DNA from: Candidatus Pelagibacter sp. HTCC7211
GTDB taxonomy: Bacteria; Pseudomonadota; Alphaproteobacteria; Pelagibacterales; Pelagibacteraceae
DNA: 32,000 nt
Direction: 5' to 3'
NCBI RefSeq assembly: GCF_000155895.1
Contig: NZ_DS995298.1
Coordinates: forward strand, 630,001 to 662,000
In this document: piece by piece, positions 28,102-32,000 of the stretch
Layout of the letters: every line of letters starts with the position of its first letter
How positions within the stretch are numbered: position 1 is the stretch's first letter
Made by a program: the position numbers and the translations under genes
Notes under the pieces: model-generated
The model's input: the letters and a program-made list of their open reading frames with translations, nothing else
The model's database searches: none
What the model was told of the DNA's origin: nothing

Positions 28102-29652
28102 ATGAGTACAGAAACAGTAAAAGGTGGCGTGTCATCTTCATTAGACACATCTCATCTTAAAGTACCGTTTCCATTCAAAGCAAAATATGGAAACTATATT
28201 GGAGGCAAGTTTGTTGAACCAAAATCAGGAAAATATTTTGACAACGTAAGTCCAATTAATAATGAAGTTATATGTCAAATGGCTAGATCGGATGCAAAAG
28301 ATGTTGATGCAGCTTTAGATGCTGCTCACGAGGCATTTAAAGAATGGGGTAAAACTGATATTACCACAAGATCTAACATAATGAATAAGATTGCAGATGT
28401 TTTAGAAAAAAATTTAAACCTTCTAGCAACAGCAGAATGTTTGGATAATGGAAAACCAATTAGAGAATGTATGGCTGCTGATTTACCTTTAGTTATTGAT
28501 CATTGGAGATATTTTGCAGGAGTTATAAGAGCCGAGGAAGGTTCAGTTGCTGAAATAAGTAACTCACAATACTCTTACAATATACCAGAACCTTTAGGTG
28601 TAGTTGGTCAGATAGTTCCATGGAACTTTCCATTGTTAATGGCTACATGGAAGTTAGCGCCAGCTTTAGCTGCAGGTAATTGCTCAGTTTTAAAACCAGC
28701 TGAACAAACTCCAGCATCTATCATGCTTATGATGGAATTAATTGGTGATCTATTACCTCCAGGAGTAGTTAACATTGTTAGTGGTTTTGGTCTTGAAGCA
28801 GGAAAACCTTTAGCTTCATCTGATAGAATAGCTAAAATTGCTTTCACAGGTGAAACAACAACTGGACGTTTAATTATGCAGTATGCTGCACAAAACTTAA
28901 TTCCAATAACTTTAGAATTAGGTGGAAAATCTCCAAACGTTTTCTTTGAAGACATTATGGATAAAGATGATGCCTTTTTAGATAAGTGTGTTGAAGGTTT
29001 TGTAATGTTCAACTTGAACCAAGGTGAAGTATGTACTTGTCCAAGCAGAGCTCTAGTCCAAGAATCTATTTATGATAAATTCATGGAAAAAGTTATTGCT
29101 AGAACTAAAGCTGTAGTTCAAGACAATCCTTTAAAGATGGAAACTATGATTGGTGCTCAAGCATCGGTAGAACAAATGGAAAAGATAAAATCTTATCTAG
29201 ATTTAGGTAAGAAAGAAGGTGCCAAAGTTCTATGTGGTGGAGATGTTGCTAAATTAAATAGTGGGTTAGAAAATGGAAATTATATTCAGCCAACTATTTT
29301 TGAAGGTGATAATAGTATGAGAATCTTCCAAGAAGAAATTTTTGGTCCTGTAGTTTCTGTTACTAAGTTTAAAGATGAAGCGCATGCATTAGAAATTGCT
29401 AATGATACACTTTATGGACTTGGTGCTGGTGTTTGGACTAGAAATGGTAATATCGCGTATAGAATGGGGAGAGGAATTCAAGCAGGTATAGTTTGGACAA
29501 ACTGTTATCATGCTTATCCAGCTCACTCACCATTTGGCGGTTACAAACAATCAGGCGTTGGAAGAGAAACTCACAAAATGATGCTAAATCACTATAGACA
29601 AAATAAAAATCTACATGTGTCTTATGCAGAAAATAAATTAGGTTTCTTTTAA
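28102..29652 (+). CDS. NAD(P)+-dependent aldehyde dehydrogenase (AcoD/ExaC-type acetaldehyde dehydrogenase family)
   Basis: 516 aa from the ATG at 28102 (GAGGG 7-8 nt upstream). Collinear with ~506-aa AcoD-type enzymes from [10 protein letters not shown] onwards. [29 protein letters not shown] (general-base Glu), EVCTCPSR (catalytic Cys), FGGYKQSG. The ORF track's 27901 start adds the poly-Lys extension. Confidence 0.93.
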   Translation: MSTETVKGGVSSSLDTSHLKVPFPFKAKYGNYIGGKFVEPKSGKYFDNVSPINNEVICQMARSDAKDVDAALDAAHEAFKEWGKTDITTRSNIMNKIADVLEKNLNLLATAECLDNGKPIRECMAADLPLVIDHWRYFAGVIRAEEGSVAEISNSQYSYNIPEPLGVVGQIVPWNFPLLMATWKLAPALAAGNCSVLKPAEQTPASIMLMMELIGDLLPPGVVNIVSGFGLEAGKPLASSDRIAKIAFTGETTTGRLIMQYAAQNLIPITLELGGKSPNVFFEDIMDKDDAFLDKCVEGFVMFNLNQGEVCTCPSRALVQESIYDKFMEKVIARTKAVVQDNPLKMETMIGAQASVEQMEKIKSYLDLGKKEGAKVLCGGDVAKLNSGLENGNYIQPTIFEGDNSMRIFQEEIFGPVVSVTKFKDEAHALEIANDTLYGLGAGVWTRNGNIAYRMGRGIQAGIVWTNCYHAYPAHSPFGGYKQSGVGRETHKMMLNHYRQNKNLHVSYAENKLGFF

Positions 29653-29665
29653 CAGATATATTATA

Positions 29666-29691
29666 ATGGCCCGTAATAAAATACGGGCCAT
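29666..29691 (+). other. GC-rich perfect stem-loop between aldh and DUF779
   Basis: ATGGCCCGTA-ataaaa-TACGGGCCAT: 10-bp perfect stem, 6-nt loop. Lies 14 nt after the aldh stop and 6 nt before the DUF779 ATG. No U-tract follows on either strand. Confidence 0.8.
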
Positions 29692-29697
29692 ATTAAA

Positions 29698-30045
29698 ATG
29701 AAAGTTTCAGCAACACCCACAGCACTTGAATTAATTGAAGATTTAAAAAAGGCTCACGGAAAAGATTTACTCTTTCACCAATCAGGTGGATGTTGTGATG
29801 GAAGTGCACCAATGTGTTATCCTGCTAAAGAATATCTAGTTGGTGACCAAGATGTTTTAGTAGGGGAAATAGGTGGCATACCTTTCTATATTAGCAAAAC
29901 ACAACACGAAGCTTGGAAAAATACAGATCTTATAATTGATTGTATTAAAGGTATGGGTGGAATGTTTTCACTAGATAATGGGACTGGCAGAAGATTTTTA
30001 ACTAGATCTGAAATTTGTGTACCAGAAGGTGCTAGTTTAAATTAA
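29698..30045 (+). CDS. DUF779-family protein
   Basis: 115 aa. FHQSGGCCDGS.PMC, D..VG.I.G.PFY and DNGTGRRFLTRS-type motifs. Sits immediately downstream of an AcoD-type aldehyde dehydrogenase, the usual DUF779 context. Confidence 0.8.
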   Translation: MKVSATPTALELIEDLKKAHGKDLLFHQSGGCCDGSAPMCYPAKEYLVGDQDVLVGEIGGIPFYISKTQHEAWKNTDLIIDCIKGMGGMFSLDNGTGRRFLTRSEICVPEGASLN

Positions 30046-30617
30046 TTTTTTATTCTCCTAAATTTAAATCTAAACAGTAAAAGAATTAGTATAATTACTG
30101 CATAAATTAATGGTTCAGTAAGGTCTTTTTTAACAAGCCAAATAAAATGTGTTACACCAAGTATCGCAATCACATAAATAAGTCTGTGGAGTTTCTTCCA
30201 CTTATCTTTTAAATAAAACAATGCTTTTCTTGAAGAAGTAAGTGCAAGTGGCAGCAATAAAACCCATGCAGCAAATCCTACAAAAATAAATTTTTTAGTT
30301 AAAATATCTTTTGAAATACTTTGAAAATCTAAGCGATAATCAATAACCACATAAGTTAGCATATGCAATGTTGCATAAAAAAAAATAAATAAACCAAGCA
30401 TACGTCTAAAAGAAATCCAAATATTTAATTTTGTAATTTTTTTTAATGGAGACATGGATAAAGTAAAAATAATAAATAAGAGTGTCCATTCTCCAGTAAA
30501 ATGAGTTATTTCTTTTACAGGTTCAGGTCCTAATTTATTAAATATAATTTTATAAAAAATTAAAACAAAGGGAATTAAACTTAAAAAAAAAATTGATGGC
30601 TTGTAATACTTTTTCAT
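30042..30617 (-). CDS. msrQ: protein-methionine-sulfoxide reductase heme-binding subunit MsrQ (YedZ)
   Basis: 191 aa. Collinear with E. coli YedZ (GPEPVKEITHFTGEWTL, RRMLGLF.FFYATLH..TY, LT.PLIYA). Confidence 0.9.
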   Translation of the reverse strand: MKKYYKPSIFFLSLIPFVLIFYKIIFNKLGPEPVKEITHFTGEWTLLFIIFTLSMSPLKKITKLNIWISFRRMLGLFIFFYATLHMLTYVVIDYRLDFQSISKDILTKKFIFVGFAAWVLLLPLALTSSRKALFYLKDKWKKLHRLIYVIAILGVTHFIWLVKKDLTEPLIYAVIILILLLFRFKFRRIKN

Positions 30618-31522
30618 TAAAAGTATTTTTTTAAATCCATACCTGTATATAAGTTAGCAACTTCATCTCCATAACCGTTAAACATTAAAGTTTTAACTCT
30701 TGGAGCCCAAATACCTTCACCAATTATTCTTTCAGTCGCTTGTGACCATCTTGGATGATCAACATTTGGATTAACATTAGAATAAAAACCATATTCTCTT
30801 GGTGATGCCCACATCCATGATGAAGTTGGCATTTTTTCTATAAGCTTGATTTTAACAATAGCCTTTGCACTCTTAAAACCGTATTTCCAAGGAATAAAAA
30901 TTCTAAGAGGTGCACCATTTTGATTGGGAAGTTCTTTATTGTATAAACCTGTAACCACAGTAGTCAATGGGTGCATAGCTTCATCAATTCTTAATCCTTC
31001 TTTATAAGGCCAATTTAGGACCGGATATCTTTGACCTTTCATTTGCTCAGGATCATAAACGCTTTCAAATGCAACAAATTTTGCTTTACTGGTTGGATTA
31101 ACTTTAGAAAGCAATTTACTTAATGAAAAGCCCATCCATGGAATAACCATTGACCAACCCTCAACACATCTTAATCGATATATTCTTTCTTCTGAAGTGA
31201 ATGATTTCGAAATTTCGTCCATTGATATTTTTATTGGTTTTTCAACTTCACCTTCGATACTTATTTCCCAAGGTTTTGTTTTAAAGTTTTTTGAATTTTT
31301 GTATGGGTCACCTTTAGAGGTACCAAATTCATAATAATTATTATAAGTCGTAATATCTTTATAACTTGTAAGATTATTTTGTTCGTTTCCAATAGCGTTA
31401 TTTAAAAAAGGTAGTGAGCTTATAGCTAAAGAGCCAGCACCAAAACCTATAGATTTCACAAAAGATCTTCTATTATTATAAATTTTTTCTGGAGTAATTT
31501 CTGAATATTTAATTTTTTTCAT
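30617..31522 (-). CDS. msrP: protein-methionine-sulfoxide reductase catalytic subunit MsrP (YedY, molybdopterin enzyme)
   Basis: 301 aa. Twin-arginine signal NRRSFVKSIGFGAG. YNNYYEFG, YRLRCVEGWSMVIPW.GF, NGAPLR...PWKYGFKS.K motifs. Confidence 0.92.
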   Translation of the reverse strand: MKKIKYSEITPEKIYNNRRSFVKSIGFGAGSLAISSLPFLNNAIGNEQNNLTSYKDITTYNNYYEFGTSKGDPYKNSKNFKTKPWEISIEGEVEKPIKISMDEISKSFTSEERIYRLRCVEGWSMVIPWMGFSLSKLLSKVNPTSKAKFVAFESVYDPEQMKGQRYPVLNWPYKEGLRIDEAMHPLTTVVTGLYNKELPNQNGAPLRIFIPWKYGFKSAKAIVKIKLIEKMPTSSWMWASPREYGFYSNVNPNVDHPRWSQATERIIGEGIWAPRVKTLMFNGYGDEVANLYTGMDLKKYF

Positions 31523-31961
31523 GAAGTATAGGGTTTCCTTTTAACCAAGAACTTTTATCATTAACGTAATGTTCTTTTTTCCATATAGGTGATCTTTTCT
31601 TAATTTCTTCAATAATATATCTTGATAAAACATATGCTTCATCGCGATGTTTGCAGGCAACAGCAATAACAATGCTTATTTCTCCAAGTGTTAAATAACC
31701 TTTGGCATGTTCAATAAATACTGATTTATTTTTGATATTTAATTTTTCATTAGCTTCATCATAAATTTCCTCAAAACTCTTGAGAACAAGCTCATCATGA
31801 CTATCATAAGTAATTCCAGTTACAATTTGATCATTATTTTGATTACGGACTGTGCCAGTAAAAAAAATTGAAGCACCGTAGTCCTGTGATGAAATAAAAT
31901 TTTCTGCTTTTTGAATTGATAACTTACTATCTTTTACATCAACTATTTTAGTGTGAAGCAT
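31509..31961 (-). CDS. moaE: molybdopterin synthase catalytic subunit MoaE
   Basis: 150 aa. G....F.G.VRN, HA.G.L..GE.S..IAV...HR.EA, PIWKKE motifs. Overlaps the msrP start by 14 nt. Confidence 0.9.
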   Translation of the reverse strand: MLHTKIVDVKDSKLSIQKAENFISSQDYGASIFFTGTVRNQNNDQIVTGITYDSHDELVLKSFEEIYDEANEKLNIKNKSVFIEHAKGYLTLGEISIVIAVACKHRDEAYVLSRYIIEEIKKRSPIWKKEHYVNDKSSWLKGNPILHEKN

Positions 31962-32000
31962 TAACCTCCTCCAATAGGGGGTATAATAGCAATTTTTTCA
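31961..32000 (-). CDS. moaD: molybdopterin synthase sulfur-carrier subunit MoaD, C-terminal end only
   Basis: Minus-strand frame reads ...EKIAIIPPIGGG*. The C-terminal PP.(G)GG and the TAATG overlap with moaE fit MoaD. Only 13 codons are visible. Confidence 0.55.
   Translation of the reverse strand, partial: EKIAIIPPIGGG

Noticed and set aside
27859-28148. Two minus-strand Phe-rich ORFs (27859..28071, 27879..28148)
   Set aside because: They are the complement of the A-rich tract: poly-Lys codons read as poly-Phe on the other strand. One would also overlap the conserved ALDH N-terminus.
1-32000. Search for rRNA/tRNA genes, IS elements, integrases, toxin-antitoxin pairs, restriction-modification or other defence systems, and prophage remnants
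   Set aside because: Nothing found by reading. Every ORF above about 100 codons has a housekeeping or conserved-domain assignment, and the GC-richer patches all fall in conserved coding motifs. A tRNAscan/Infernal run would be needed to exclude small RNAs formally.

Overview
AT-rich, very gene-dense window: about 38 protein genes, 2 of them partial. I found no rRNA, tRNA, CRISPR array, IS element, integrase or prophage/defence genes. Start and stop codons often overlap, and convergent genes share or abut their stop codons. Together with alphaproteobacterial markers (NDUFA12-like/DUF2155 pair, RNase E with an insertion in the S1 domain), this fits a streamlined marine alphaproteobacterium of the SAR11/Pelagibacterales type; that assignment is inference from composition and gene content. 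Gene content, left to right: NDUFA12-like + DUF2155; aroQ-accB-accC (minus); thiS-thiG; rne (minus); PBP1A; prfB with its programmed +1 frameshift (the ORF track misses its first 23 codons); a large YhdP/AsmA-like envelope protein; tyrS; anmK; an alpha/beta hydrolase; a complete iscR-sufBCDS-sufU-sufT-sufA operon with a near-consensus IscR type-1 operator over its promoter; glnA; ybaK-eamA; a minus-strand tauE / 2OG-Fe(II) oxygenase / homocysteine S-methyltransferase trio; moaB; DUF1244; aldehyde dehydrogenase + DUF779; and moaD-moaE-msrP-msrQ. I do not see a convincing novel multi-gene system; this is core housekeeping DNA. The anomalies worth a second look are: (1) a 100% identical in-frame 222-bp tandem repeat (about 2.5 copies) inside the YhdP-like gene; (2) an unusually long (~300 bp) purine-rich spacer upstream of the aldehyde dehydrogenase that stays open in frame as a 67-codon poly-lysine extension; (3) a 244-bp spacer next to glnA holding an unannotated 56-codon ORF and TGCAT-type repeats that recur in the glnA promoter region; (4) a GC-rich perfect hairpin between aldh and DUF779, the only one I noticed in the window; (5) the uncharacterised tauE/oxygenase/methyltransferase cluster.
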